Sequence record: MZ475898.1
Strand: one strand, 5' to 3'
Length of the DNA: 64,000 bases
Shown: in pieces, positions 28,572 to 38,014 of the stretch
Numbering within the stretch: the stretch's first letter is position 1
How the letters are laid out: each line of letters begins with the position of its first letter
Position numbers and translations under genes: made by a program
Notes under the pieces: model-generated
What the model was told of the DNA's origin: nothing
Database searches by the model: none
Seen by the model: only the letters and a program-made list of their open reading frames with translations

Positions 28572-29003
28572 ATGACTATCAACAAGTTTGACTTTCAAAC
28601 ACTGACTACCCCAGAACAATGGTCTTCCGCTGCTTGGGGTTTCTATCGTGACTTCGCAGATCGTTTACGCGATGTTATCGGCCGCGATGATCTTTTCTTC
28701 GACATTGAAGTTGATGGTGGCAGCGATAGTGACCAAGTTGCCGAAGAGATGGTCGATGATGGTGTGATTCATTTACTTATCTCGTACAAAAACGAAGATG
28801 AAGATTTCATTAACGCCAAAGGCGTCTGGCTGTTCCAAGTCACTTACCCAACAGAAAGTGATATTGACGGTGAGTGGTCTAACCGCTTCGTGGTAGATGT
28901 GCAGACCGTTGATATGGAAATCTTAGAGCTGGTGGATTTTGATAACGGCCACCCACGTTTGCTTGAAGATATTGCAGCGCGGGTTAATCACTGGTTAGTG
29001 TAA
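28572..29003 (+). CDS. Hypothetical acidic protein
   Basis: AAGGAG RBS. Confidence 0.78.
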   Translation: MTINKFDFQTLTTPEQWSSAAWGFYRDFADRLRDVIGRDDLFFDIEVDGGSDSDQVAEEMVDDGVIHLLISYKNEDEDFINAKGVWLFQVTYPTESDIDGEWSNRFVVDVQTVDMEILELVDFDNGHPRLLEDIAARVNHWLV

Positions 29004-29068
29004 TTGCTTGCGGGTCTTTTACGAAGGGCCCGTCGTCAACAACACAAACCTGTTCTAAGGAGAACAAC

Positions 29069-29386
29069 ATGTCATCATTAGTTAAACTGCAATTCATCTT
29101 TCCAGAACTGACCTCAGTTACTGTAACTGTTTCTGATTCTGACATTCCTCGCTATCTCAATATTGCAGCGGGCGCCGAAGTAACATACGAAGGCCAGACG
29201 GCGCTGGAGCGTATTACTGACGTAAACCTGCTGCGCAATCTTCTCGTGATTGATCGTAAAATCCTAGAGATGTTGCTTGAGCGTCACAACAGCGCAAACG
29301 TTTCTAGTGAAATCGCTCACGCTGTAGACCAGATTAAGTTTGTACCTAATCGTGGCCTAAAGTTAATCGTCAATCGTTACCGCTGA
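29069..29386 (+). CDS. Hypothetical protein, tandem paralog A
   Basis: FIFPE motif shared with the next gene. Confidence 0.8.
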   Translation: MSSLVKLQFIFPELTSVTVTVSDSDIPRYLNIAAGAEVTYEGQTALERITDVNLLRNLLVIDRKILEMLLERHNSANVSSEIAHAVDQIKFVPNRGLKLIVNRYR

Positions 29387-29833
29387 GATTTGTGAAGGGC
29401 ATTTGCGAGTGCTCTTTGAAAATCCTAAACCCGTTCTATGGAGAACAACATGTCATCATCTACTGAATTTCATTTCATCTTTCCAGAGTCAACCACTCTT
29501 ATCGTTACTGTGGGTAACGGCATCGTCCCTGAGTATATGGGCATCCCTGCTAATCAAGAAACCCACCTGACTGGTGAGACTGCATTCAACTTTATGCAGA
29601 ACTCTAACATCGTGGGCGTTATGAATCGTTTTGATCAGTCGCTTCTCAATCTGCTTATTGATCGCCATGAGCAGAACGAAGAAGAGGAGAGTGCGTTGCG
29701 TCAAGCACACATGCAGAAGCACACAAAGAACTTCGGCGTGTATCTGCTGATCAAACATCACCGCTAAGATTTGTGAAGGGCATTCGTATGAGTGCTCTTT
29801 GAAAATCAACCCTGTTCTGAGGAGAACAATATG
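29381..29833 (+). repeat. Direct repeat of a ~70-nt intergenic module (29381-29452 and 29762-29833), period 381 nt
   Basis: CGCT(G/A)AGATTTGTGAAGGGCATT...GAGTGCTCTTTGAAAATC...GTTCT(AT/GA)GGAGAACAA(C/T)ATG. Confidence 0.85.
29450..29767 (+). CDS. Hypothetical protein, tandem paralog B
   Basis: Same length (105 aa) as paralog A; FIFPE and LL-x-RH motifs. Confidence 0.8.
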   Translation: MSSSTEFHFIFPESTTLIVTVGNGIVPEYMGIPANQETHLTGETAFNFMQNSNIVGVMNRFDQSLLNLLIDRHEQNEEEESALRQAHMQKHTKNFGVYLLIKHHR

Positions 29834-30241
29834 AAACATCCACAACCTGGCTCTGTATACACCCTGCGTGAAATGCTGACTGAACTGAGTCTGCGCGACA
29901 CGCCGAATCTTGGCTTCACTCCTGTTTCTGTGCGCTATCCCGAAACGAAGGAAATCGTCCAGCAGACGGTTCAGGATTCGCATCTGACCGAAGAAGAGAT
30001 GCTCGCTCTTCCTGGCTGGGCAGAAACGAAGTGGCGCTACATTCGTGAAACCCACGAGTGGATCCCTGTGTTCGTCGCTGTTGACGATGCAGAGGTTGAA
30101 GCGCTGTGTGTCATTGAACCCAACACTGACCGCTACTTCCGTAATGAGGGTATCATGCACGTTTACCCACGTGGCGTTGAGCGCGAGCAGCATAAAGCGT
30201 ATGACCCAGAAACGCACGGCACACTGGTTAAAGTGGCCTAA
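29831..30241 (+). CDS. Hypothetical protein
   Basis: GAGGAG RBS before MKHPQ. Confidence 0.75.
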   Translation: MKHPQPGSVYTLREMLTELSLRDTPNLGFTPVSVRYPETKEIVQQTVQDSHLTEEEMLALPGWAETKWRYIRETHEWIPVFVAVDDAEVEALCVIEPNTDRYFRNEGIMHVYPRGVEREQHKAYDPETHGTLVKVA

Positions 30242-30298
30242 GCACAAACTACCTCAAGCGGCTTACGGGCCGCTTTTCTTAAACATCAGGAGTCTATC

Positions 30299-30820
30299 AT
30301 GAAAACCACCGACGTAGTTCATATCGCTCATCACCTCATGACCCATCTCGCATCGGCTCGTCTCATCAGTGCATTGACTTTCATCGGCCAGGACGCTGTG
30401 CGTTTCAAAGTTGGTTCGCAGACGTTTGACGTTCGTGGGCGCCACCCGAGCTTCATCGTCCATCAAGTTGAAGGTGGATGTTTGTGTGCAGACGCAGACT
30501 CTGCCGAGATTGAAGCGCAGTTGAACGGTGACCCAATATCGAGTATGCGTGATCAACTGCCGCATCCTGAGAACGTGCAATCTGCCATCATCGATCACGT
30601 CAACTCCATGCCAGACAAAGACGTGCAGAACTTTAGCGAGCATCAGGGTGGCCCAGACATGGACACGATGTTTGAGCAGCGTCTGTGGTTGAAGAACTGG
30701 TTGATTAGTCGTTCAATCGTACTTGCCGACATGCTCGACATTGTTGCGTTTCTTGAAGGCACTGAGCGCCGTAACTCACTGGCTATGGCAATTGAACTCA
30801 ACAAAGGGAAACGCGCATGA
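30299..30820 (+). CDS. Hypothetical protein
   Basis: AGGAG RBS. Confidence 0.75.
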   Translation: MKTTDVVHIAHHLMTHLASARLISALTFIGQDAVRFKVGSQTFDVRGRHPSFIVHQVEGGCLCADADSAEIEAQLNGDPISSMRDQLPHPENVQSAIIDHVNSMPDKDVQNFSEHQGGPDMDTMFEQRLWLKNWLISRSIVLADMLDIVAFLEGTERRNSLAMAIELNKGKRA

Positions 30821-31317
30821 ACTTTGTACGCAGACTTAAAGCAATCGACCAGCTGCCGTTAATCACTGGTCAGTATTACAATGCGCAAGCCATGGCAGAA
30901 CAATCAGCATTTGGTTCGTGTGCGTTTCACATAACTGATCGTGTGGAGCTTGACGGCATCTCGATGTACATTCGTTTCCGCACTAATCAGCAACGTCTGT
31001 GGATGCATCCTGTTTTGATACTCGCATCAATCGACATTGAACATCAGGGCTGCGGTATCTTCACTGAACTTCTCGCAGAAGCCCAACGCGTATGTCGTGA
31101 GAACAAGTGGGTGCTGCAAATTGAGAACGTGCTTGAGCAACGCTTCCGCCGATTCTTGTTTGACCGTTCGTTCGAAACTATCGGCGTTGATAAAGATTGT
31201 GCGCACGGTAGCATGTTCTGGTTCTTTGATGAGAAGATCAAAGAGAACGCAACGCAGTTCCAAGCGATGGAAGAAAACATCCGAGAACGCGCCGCTGCAC
31301 AGAAGGCAACAACATGA
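30817..31317 (+). CDS. GNAT-like acetyltransferase
   Basis: LASIDIEHQGCGIFTELL motif A; QIENV. Confidence 0.6.
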   Translation: MNFVRRLKAIDQLPLITGQYYNAQAMAEQSAFGSCAFHITDRVELDGISMYIRFRTNQQRLWMHPVLILASIDIEHQGCGIFTELLAEAQRVCRENKWVLQIENVLEQRFRRFLFDRSFETIGVDKDCAHGSMFWFFDEKIKENATQFQAMEENIRERAAAQKATT

Positions 31318-31781
31318 ACATGCCATGGTACATGATGTTTGCTATCGGCTGTGTGCCGCTTTTCTTCTGCTATGTGACTATGCCGTGGTTTCGCGCTGCT
31401 GTCAAAAGACGTTTGCTGTTTAAACCACGTGATTACGATTCGGTGCAGGAGATCTTAGACACAGGCATCCCACCTGAGATCTCTATCGAATGCTTGCAGG
31501 CTAGCTATCGCAGCAACATGCCTGTCAAGTATGCACAACACATCGACTTCTATCCGCACAAGGAAGGCATCGTGTGTTGTCGCATGAAGTACGACGAGCA
31601 ATTTCCAATCGCTCGTATATTTAATGGTGTACTTGTCGCAAACATCGGACTGCTTGCTCTGCCTAGCAAAAAGATGCCGCGCATCACCATTAACTATTCC
31701 ACTTATCAAGTCACGGACTTTGATAGTGATAATGAGTACCTGCACATCTATCTTCAACATAAGGAAGGCAAGCATGAATAA
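31314..31781 (+). CDS. Hypothetical protein with N-terminal TM segment
   Basis: Hydrophobic N-terminus. Confidence 0.7.
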   Translation: MNMPWYMMFAIGCVPLFFCYVTMPWFRAAVKRRLLFKPRDYDSVQEILDTGIPPEISIECLQASYRSNMPVKYAQHIDFYPHKEGIVCCRMKYDEQFPIARIFNGVLVANIGLLALPSKKMPRITINYSTYQVTDFDSDNEYLHIYLQHKEGKHE

Positions 31782-32826
31782 CGAATCTGCAATGATCGAC
31801 GAAGACGTTCTTGAATGGCTCGAAGACCTGACCCGTCATAAGTTGCTGGACGTGATTGGCTTAATCAACAATCTGATTTTCGTCCATCGTCCTGTTCTCG
31901 ATCTGCCGACTCTCGGTTCGGACGAAGATGTAGCTGCACTGTCGCACGCTGACCTGACAACGTTGTTCCGTCTGGTTGCACCAGAATGCTCTGTTGATAC
32001 AAACACGCTGAGCAATCTACAACTGCTTGGGCTTATGCTCAATCAGAAAGGCGTTGTTGTGTTCTCGCTGCCAAACAACAACAGCCCGATTCTAACAGCC
32101 CGTACGTTCAACGTGCCTAATAAGCCGCAACGTTTAAACCCAGCCTCTTCTAAGGGTGAGATTGCTACTGCTGTTAGCGCGTGGTTATTCGGACTGTTCC
32201 CGCTTGAGCTACGCTCTGATCAAAACGACATGCCGCGTGAGAACGGTCTGTATCTTGCCAAAGACGAGCATGAGCAGATTCGTTTTGGGCGTTTGTTCCG
32301 TAACGGCGCAGAAGGTGATGGCTGGACTTTCTGCGAAAGCTATTCTGATGCTACAGCTACTTACTGGCATCACAGCGATTCACCTGTGGACGACGAACTG
32401 CCTATGAGTTTGCTGCATAGCTGGCTGCAAGTCTCCGCAACAACTTCACCAAACGAAGTGCATAACGAAAACGTCAGTGTGCTGGTAACTGACTCGCAGC
32501 GCATCTTTGCTTTCCTGCGCAGCCTGAGTCAACACGTTAAAGCTGAGCTGGTGGCCAACTTTGATGGTGTGCTTAACTCGACACATACCAGTGTTGAATC
32601 TATTGGGCGTCTGACGCGTGCTGACTGGACAGCCGCTGCCGTAGCAGTAGCAGATGATAAAGACATGAAGGACGGACTTGGCTCATGGGAAGAGCACAGC
32701 GCGTGGGATTGTTTCGTGGCTACGCTACAAAGTCTACGCTTCAATTTTGATACACGGGAATTCGACCCGATGTATGACTATGGGAAACACGACAATGAGA
32801 CCGATATTGATCGAGGAGACGAATAA
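31774..32826 (+). CDS. Hypothetical protein
   Basis: AAGGAAGG RBS before MNNES. Confidence 0.75.
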   Translation: MNNESAMIDEDVLEWLEDLTRHKLLDVIGLINNLIFVHRPVLDLPTLGSDEDVAALSHADLTTLFRLVAPECSVDTNTLSNLQLLGLMLNQKGVVVFSLPNNNSPILTARTFNVPNKPQRLNPASSKGEIATAVSAWLFGLFPLELRSDQNDMPRENGLYLAKDEHEQIRFGRLFRNGAEGDGWTFCESYSDATATYWHHSDSPVDDELPMSLLHSWLQVSATTSPNEVHNENVSVLVTDSQRIFAFLRSLSQHVKAELVANFDGVLNSTHTSVESIGRLTRADWTAAAVAVADDKDMKDGLGSWEEHSAWDCFVATLQSLRFNFDTREFDPMYDYGKHDNETDIDRGDE

Positions 32827-32833
32827 ACTAAGG

Positions 32834-33013
32834 ATGGCCTACGCACTGACTGCAATATTTCTATCTTGGCTTGAGCTGAGCATTGCAGTTCGGTATCTCG
32901 ACTATACACAGATTTTTGATGCGCTGATCATTCTGGTTAGCGGTGTGAATCTGGTGATTGCTTTTATCTCGTCACTTGATGAGGTAGACCATATCTTTTC
33001 GTGGGAAGATTAA
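32834..33013 (+). CDS. Small membrane protein
   Basis: Two hydrophobic segments. Confidence 0.55.
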   Translation: MAYALTAIFLSWLELSIAVRYLDYTQIFDALIILVSGVNLVIAFISSLDEVDHIFSWED

Positions 33014-33014
33014 A

Positions 33015-33221
33015 ATGAAAGACATTGTGCTACACACAGCCCTTTTATTGACCATGATCGTTGTTAGCTTTTTGACTCTCCACTACATTCGCTTCCTGAG
33101 TCTGGGCTACTATATGCTGATCACTATGACAGCATTCGTACTGGCAGTCTATGCGTGCAAGCGTCTCGCAACTGCTGTCACTAAAAATCGTTTTAACAAA
33201 GTGAGAATCAATCGTGGCTAA
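33015..33221 (+). CDS. Small membrane protein
   Basis: Two TM segments and basic tail. Confidence 0.65.
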   Translation: MKDIVLHTALLLTMIVVSFLTLHYIRFLSLGYYMLITMTAFVLAVYACKRLATAVTKNRFNKVRINRG

Positions 33222-33759
33222 ATCTTTCGGTGTGTACCTGACGTTCATTCTGCGCCATCGACCGCAAGACATTGGCCTTGCAATGGACACTCAGGGCTGG
33301 GTATCAGTTCCTGACTTGCTCGAACGTGCTCAATACAAGAAGCAACCAATCACGTTAGAGATGTTGCGCGAAGAAGTTGCTACTGACGGTAAAGGCCGCT
33401 TCCAGTTCAACGCTGCCCACTCGCGCATTCGTTGTGTGCAGGGACATTCAGTTGAGCATGTGATTCTTAACCTCAAGCCGTACACGAATCACAATGACCC
33501 GCTGTATCACGGAACGGCCAGCAAGAACGTTGCGTCTATTCTTGCGCAGGGAATTCTTCGCGGTAAACGTAAACACGTCCACATCGCAACCAACACCGCT
33601 ACTGCTAAGCAAGTTGGTCAGCGTCACGGTGAACCTGTTGTATTTGAGATCGACACGTATGCCATGATTACTCACGGCTACAAGTTCGAACAAGCCGAGA
33701 ACGGTGTGATTCTTATCGAGCACGTCCCATCCCGATATCTAAGGTTGGTAGAGTTATGA
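33214..33759 (+). CDS. kptA: RNA 2'-phosphotransferase (Tpt1/KptA)
   Basis: ILRH-P...D-QGWV, KGRF, RIRCVQGHS, LYHGT, RKHVH motifs. Confidence 0.92.
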   Translation: MAKSFGVYLTFILRHRPQDIGLAMDTQGWVSVPDLLERAQYKKQPITLEMLREEVATDGKGRFQFNAAHSRIRCVQGHSVEHVILNLKPYTNHNDPLYHGTASKNVASILAQGILRGKRKHVHIATNTATAKQVGQRHGEPVVFEIDTYAMITHGYKFEQAENGVILIEHVPSRYLRLVEL

Positions 33760-34163
33760 CTGAACAACGAATGAGTTATTGCGGTTCACGTTACATCCGT
33801 ACATCTTCCGGCAGGTGGTATTTGCTTTTCGAACGAGCGGCCTGCTTGTGCATCAATCGTCATGGTACCCAGTACTGGCGAGCAGGTACGCAAGTGTGGA
33901 AAGATGTGTCCATCTCAACTCGCGCCACTTTGGAAAACGAGTTTATCAGTCGTACCTGCAAAGATTTCAGGGAGTCGAAGTCTGCGTACAACAGATGGGG
34001 CAAGGTGATTCGTACACTCATTCTAGGTGCAGGTACTAACGAGCATCTCCACGATTTAGCGTCTATTCTTGAGTCACTGAGACAGACGCATATAGGGCGC
34101 AAGCAACAGCAACTGCGCACTACATTGGATGAAATAGCTATTCAGTCAAGAACCACCCTATGA
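33756..34163 (+). CDS. Hypothetical protein
   Basis: ATGA overlap. Confidence 0.6.
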   Translation: MTEQRMSYCGSRYIRTSSGRWYLLFERAACLCINRHGTQYWRAGTQVWKDVSISTRATLENEFISRTCKDFRESKSAYNRWGKVIRTLILGAGTNEHLHDLASILESLRQTHIGRKQQQLRTTLDEIAIQSRTTL

Positions 34164-34169
34164 TATAAT
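34127..34169 (+). promoter_or_regulatory. Early-type promoter (GGATGAAA, 29 nt, TATAAT with TG extension)
   Basis: 11-copy motif. Confidence 0.7.
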
Positions 34170-34220
34170 AGCAGCGAACGCTAAACAGTCTCGTTTAGCT
34201 ACTTACATGAGGATATGTAC

Positions 34221-34322
34221 ATGAATACCAACTACTGCCCGTTTCGCGCTGTGATGTACCACGCTTCAATCATCCTTCTCGCCATTTGCTCTGGCGTTGT
34301 TTTAGCCCATGCACATTTCTGA
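34221..34322 (+). CDS. Small hydrophobic peptide (33 aa, MNTNYCPFRAVMYHASIILLAICSGVVLAHAHF)
   Basis: GAGGA RBS directly downstream of a promoter; hand-translated. Confidence 0.45.
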   Translation: MNTNYCPFRAVMYHASIILLAICSGVVLAHAHF

Positions 34323-34333
34323 GGAGAAAGATT

Positions 34334-34570
34334 ATGTCAGATCCAAAACCAAAACCAGAAGTAACAAAAGCTGATCTCCAACATCTGCTGCACGTAGCAG
34401 GTGCGTATGAAGGCAACGACCGCCATCGCTGGTACGCAATGTTCGTCGTGCTCAAACTGAAACGTCAGATGGACGGTCAGAACCTGCCGCGCTCTTGTGC
34501 CAACATTACGCATGAGAGCCAAGACTACGAGATCGAAGAGGCTTGCTACAAGCTGGGGTATTTATCATGA
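34334..34570 (+). CDS. Hypothetical protein
   Basis: GAGGAG RBS before MSDPK. Confidence 0.7.
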   Translation: MSDPKPKPEVTKADLQHLLHVAGAYEGNDRHRWYAMFVVLKLKRQMDGQNLPRSCANITHESQDYEIEEACYKLGYLS

Positions 34571-34932
34571 AAGAGCGCCGTAACTATTACTGGGATAGCC
34601 CGTTCTATTACGGGCTGATACTCTGGCGTAAGCGTATGCGCAATGTCGTGCTGTTTCTGATTGCTATCTTAATCTATCATGGCACGCACGCACCCGTAGT
34701 TGAGAACATGTGGATGTGGACAGGCACTATCTTCGGCATTCTCTTTCTCGTCTGCTATATCAAGATGTGGGAATACGAGCGCATGATTCTCGAAGCTATG
34801 GGGCCGCTGAATAATAACTGCGTTATCGGTGCTCTTAACTTTGAGAGTCTTGAGCGCCGCCATGCTGTTTGGTATCGGAAGAAATTTAAATCCGAACCAC
34901 CTAAGACTAACACGTATTCGAGGGAAAACTAA
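34567..34932 (+). CDS. Membrane protein (2 TM)
   Basis: Hydrophobic segments; ATGA overlap. Confidence 0.65.
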   Translation: MKERRNYYWDSPFYYGLILWRKRMRNVVLFLIAILIYHGTHAPVVENMWMWTGTIFGILFLVCYIKMWEYERMILEAMGPLNNNCVIGALNFESLERRHAVWYRKKFKSEPPKTNTYSREN

Positions 34933-35294
34933 TGCCACGTATGTTCACACAGACTCATCGCAACAAATATAAACTGACCGAAGCTGATGCAGACTATCAC
35001 GGTGATGCCTGCGAAGCTGTCTATCTTGAAGGTATGGAGTTGCTCAAAGAGCTTCACTATCTGAAAGGGCTTCTGCATGATCGTCACATTGCAGAAAAGC
35101 CGATGCCCATTCCTCCTGAGTCTAAGCGTTGGTCAAAGTGGATGGCTTGCACGAAAATGTCACAGCTTGATGTGCGCTCCACTGACCGTCTGCGCAAGCG
35201 CTATCGTCGTGTCATGGAAGAACTCAAGATTGCCCGCGTATCTTATACGCTGCTGCACACGGCACGACATGCACCGGCGGTTGAGGTTAAGTAA
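34932..35294 (+). CDS. Hypothetical protein
   Basis: TAATG coupling. Confidence 0.7.
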   Translation: MPRMFTQTHRNKYKLTEADADYHGDACEAVYLEGMELLKELHYLKGLLHDRHIAEKPMPIPPESKRWSKWMACTKMSQLDVRSTDRLRKRYRRVMEELKIARVSYTLLHTARHAPAVEVK

Positions 35295-35575
35295 TGCAGT
35301 TTACTTCAAAAGAAGAAATAGACGAAACGTATGCAATGGTTGTTCATGCCATGCTGGCCGCCCTTGTGCCTGATGATACTCGCACAAAAGACCAACGCGT
35401 TCTCGACTACGTGGCGAAGCACTTAGCGCCCAATAACATTTTTGACAGGGACCTGTTTAGCATTTCATTTGAACATCGGTTCAAGTTTCAAACAACACAC
35501 AGGATGATGCGCAACGCTAAAGTGAGCGGCGCACCTTTTCTATATCTAAAGCAGGCTCATAGCCTAAAGAATTGA
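35294..35575 (+). CDS. Hypothetical protein
   Basis: TAATG coupling. Confidence 0.7.
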   Translation: MQFTSKEEIDETYAMVVHAMLAALVPDDTRTKDQRVLDYVAKHLAPNNIFDRDLFSISFEHRFKFQTTHRMMRNAKVSGAPFLYLKQAHSLKN

Positions 35576-35585
35576 GGTTAGTATC

Positions 35586-35849
35586 ATGGCAGTAGGTTTC
35601 GCCAAAGATGATGACGTGTCCAACACCGTCGAAACAAACGTGCTGAATGAAATCGACCGCGCTCGTTCTGAGTTGCGTGGCGCTGGTAGTTCGCACTGTA
35701 TCAACCCTGACTGTGGTGCAGAGATTCCCCTCATGCGCCGTGTAGCAATGCCGAACGCTCGCTACTGCGTTAGCTGTCAAGCACACCATGATGGTACGCC
35801 TACTGTTGGCTACAATCGTCGTGGTTCCAAAGATTCTCAACTGAGGTAG
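35586..35849 (+). CDS. ybiI: DksA/TraR C4 zinc-finger protein, YbiI-like
   Basis: CINPDCGAEIP-x-x-RR...CVSCQ; C-terminus GYNRRGSKDSQLR as recalled for enterobacterial YbiI. Confidence 0.85.
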   Translation: MAVGFAKDDDVSNTVETNVLNEIDRARSELRGAGSSHCINPDCGAEIPLMRRVAMPNARYCVSCQAHHDGTPTVGYNRRGSKDSQLR

Positions 35850-35854
35850 AAACT

Positions 35855-36163
35855 ATGTTAAGCAAACTTTTGGCTGCCTTAGGGATAACTTATCCGTCAG
35901 TCGATAGCGCCCTACTCAAGAATGCAAAGTGTGTGCGTATAGGTCAGGACGGCTACTGCATTCGCTCTGCTTCTGGTTTTGCAGAAGCACTTACCCATCA
36001 TATGGCCCGAGACTATGTTACTTTGGCTTCTGACACTGAGGCTAGAAAGAAGATTGTCGACCGAGCACAGTCTTTGACATACCCATGCGTTGTTTGGTTC
36101 ACTGGTCATGATTTTAATTCTATGTCTGTGGATGATCCAAACATGACCTACCCGGTACAATAG
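35855..36163 (+). CDS. Hypothetical protein
   Basis: GAGG RBS. Confidence 0.65.
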   Translation: MLSKLLAALGITYPSVDSALLKNAKCVRIGQDGYCIRSASGFAEALTHHMARDYVTLASDTEARKKIVDRAQSLTYPCVVWFTGHDFNSMSVDDPNMTYPVQ

Positions 36164-36182
36164 AAAACACGTGGAGAATAAA

Positions 36183-36323
36183 ATGTCCGAACCAGACAGA
36201 GAGAATGAAACACCTTGTGTGCGATGCACCAAGCCCACACCTGTTGTTGACTTGGGCGGCCCGTACGGTGATTTGTGTGATGACTGCGTAACGCTGATGC
36301 GTGAAGAACAGGAGGAAGAATGA
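36183..36323 (+). CDS. Small C2-C2 zinc-binding protein (46 aa)
   Basis: MSEPDRENETPCVRC...LCDDC; GGAG RBS; hand-translated. Confidence 0.55.
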   Translation: MSEPDRENETPCVRCTKPTPVVDLGGPYGDLCDDCVTLMREEQEEE

Positions 36324-36502
36324 AACTGTCCGAATCTGAATTAGAGTCTTTGCGTTTTCGTATGCGTCTGCGTGAGCAACCCAAGCCGATGCCTGACACG
36401 CACAAAATGCCAGACAAAAAGTTTGACAGTCATAAGCTGGACAAGTCCACTGATATGACGCTCGGCGATGTTCGCCACCACTTCCCTCCAAAAGGAAATT
36501 GA
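36320..36502 (+). CDS. Hypothetical protein
   Basis: AGGAGG RBS. Confidence 0.6.
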   Translation: MKLSESELESLRFRMRLREQPKPMPDTHKMPDKKFDSHKLDKSTDMTLGDVRHHFPPKGN

Positions 36503-36503
36503 A

Positions 36504-36836
36504 ATGGAAGAGATTCTTGATGTTGACAGCAAGATGTATGCTGTCTATGACGGTCACGTTGTTACCAACTATCATCATGAAGGTAGCGGCGTGATGTACA
36601 TCGAAGACAGCTTCTGGTTGAGTTTGAATCTGCGCGACGATCTTTTCCCTGCGCCGCCAACTCGTTTGGCGCATTACAAAAATGTACACACGCGTTCTAT
36701 TGATCGCGTTCGTGTTAGCACCATTCAAGATATACGCGAATCTTTGTATAAGGTTCGTCACTATATTCGTTGGTTCGAGTATATCTCCGAAGATAAGCTG
36801 CAAGGTTTGCAGCACCTGTTACGCGAACCTGATTAA
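36504..36836 (+). CDS. Hypothetical protein
   Basis: AAGGA RBS before MEEIL. Confidence 0.65.
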   Translation: MEEILDVDSKMYAVYDGHVVTNYHHEGSGVMYIEDSFWLSLNLRDDLFPAPPTRLAHYKNVHTRSIDRVRVSTIQDIRESLYKVRHYIRWFEYISEDKLQGLQHLLREPD

Positions 36837-36933
36837 AGGTAACGCTCATGTGTCTGCTAGTCAATTTCCTCAAGGACGAGGGTACGATGCGTATCTGTAA
36901 ACGTTTACAACAACCCAACTAAAGGTAGCGATC

Positions 36934-37299
36934 ATGATTTCTCGAATCAGTAATCTCCTCTTTGCCGAATCAATGTCCGTTGAGCAGTTAGCGCAGGCAT
37001 TGCGTATTCAAAACTTCAACGCGACTGTTCGTGGTGAGTTCAAGTTGGTTGCTGGCACTAACTCCAGTGGCTATATCACTTCTGCACTGTCAAGTCCTGT
37101 CGAAGTGCTGCGCGACCTGAAAGGCGTTCAGACTTTGAAAGATGCAGGCTTCTCTGACCCTGACATTGCACTCGCTCTCGGCATCGACCGTTTGCGTCTC
37201 AAGAAAGTTTATAACGAGGCACGCAAGAGCAACAAGAAGCCTGTTGCGCCTGCTCCAGTGCAGCGTACCTCTAAAGCAATTTCACTCGACGATCTGTAA
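36934..37299 (+). CDS. Hypothetical protein with HTH-like segment
   Basis: AGFSDPDIALALGIDRLRL. Confidence 0.6.
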   Translation: MISRISNLLFAESMSVEQLAQALRIQNFNATVRGEFKLVAGTNSSGYITSALSSPVEVLRDLKGVQTLKDAGFSDPDIALALGIDRLRLKKVYNEARKSNKKPVAPAPVQRTSKAISLDDL

Positions 37300-37309
37300 G
37301 GAAACAATC

Positions 37310-38014
37310 ATGACAAGTAAATTTGAAAAGTCGGATGCATCTACTCGCCGCGCCGAACTGCTGGTGCTGATGTGTGAGATCTATACGTCACTGCGTGACC
37401 AGTCGTTGTCTGAGTCAGAGACAAAAGCCTTTGCGTTGTTCAAAGACATTATGGATTTGGCTGACGTGCGTACAGTCGATGCCGTGTTCTCTGAAATCGA
37501 GCACGAGCTGGACCCTAAAGTTGAAGGTCTGCTGAATTATGTCCACAGAACGTTTATGCTGCATGACACTCTGTGCAAAGCTGAGGCAGAAGCCGCAGCA
37601 AAGCTCAAAGCCGAGGAAGCGCGTGAGCATGTACGCAAACACACGTACAAACCTCCTGTGGAAAAGCTCATTAGTAAAGAGCAGATTACCGAACTGTGTG
37701 CAGGCCTGACTGCATACGTTGGGCGCGAAGATGTTCGACCTAAAGTCAACGTCGATCTTATCGATGATATTCTCGAATCATTGGATAAGAACTACACGTT
37801 CATCGATACGCTCGATCTTTCCAGTCACCTTGAAGGTGAAGATCTGAAAACTGCCGTCAAGCTGATTGAAGACGCAGTGACCGAGAGTCACCAACCATTG
37901 AAAGAAGTCATGGACACTATCTGGTGCCACATGGCTAAACGCGATTTGCCTGCCGTTGACTTCTTTGACCAATACGGCAATGCCGAAGATGAGAACTATG
38001 CACTTGCACCTTAA
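37310..38014 (+). CDS. Hypothetical protein
   Basis: AAGGA RBS before MTSKF. Confidence 0.75.
   Translation: MTSKFEKSDASTRRAELLVLMCEIYTSLRDQSLSESETKAFALFKDIMDLADVRTVDAVFSEIEHELDPKVEGLLNYVHRTFMLHDTLCKAEAEAAAKLKAEEAREHVRKHTYKPPVEKLISKEQITELCAGLTAYVGREDVRPKVNVDLIDDILESLDKNYTFIDTLDLSSHLEGEDLKTAVKLIEDAVTESHQPLKEVMDTIWCHMAKRDLPAVDFFDQYGNAEDENYALAP

Noticed and set aside
29381-29833. Repeat unit as a CRISPR-like array
   Set aside because: Only two to three copies, 381-nt period, and the spacers are protein-coding genes. The Cas4-like gene at 4724 is a common phage exonuclease with no cas operon nearby.
29489-30247. 252-aa reverse-strand ORF
   Set aside because: Spans two + strand genes with good RBSs and the repeat module; no motif.
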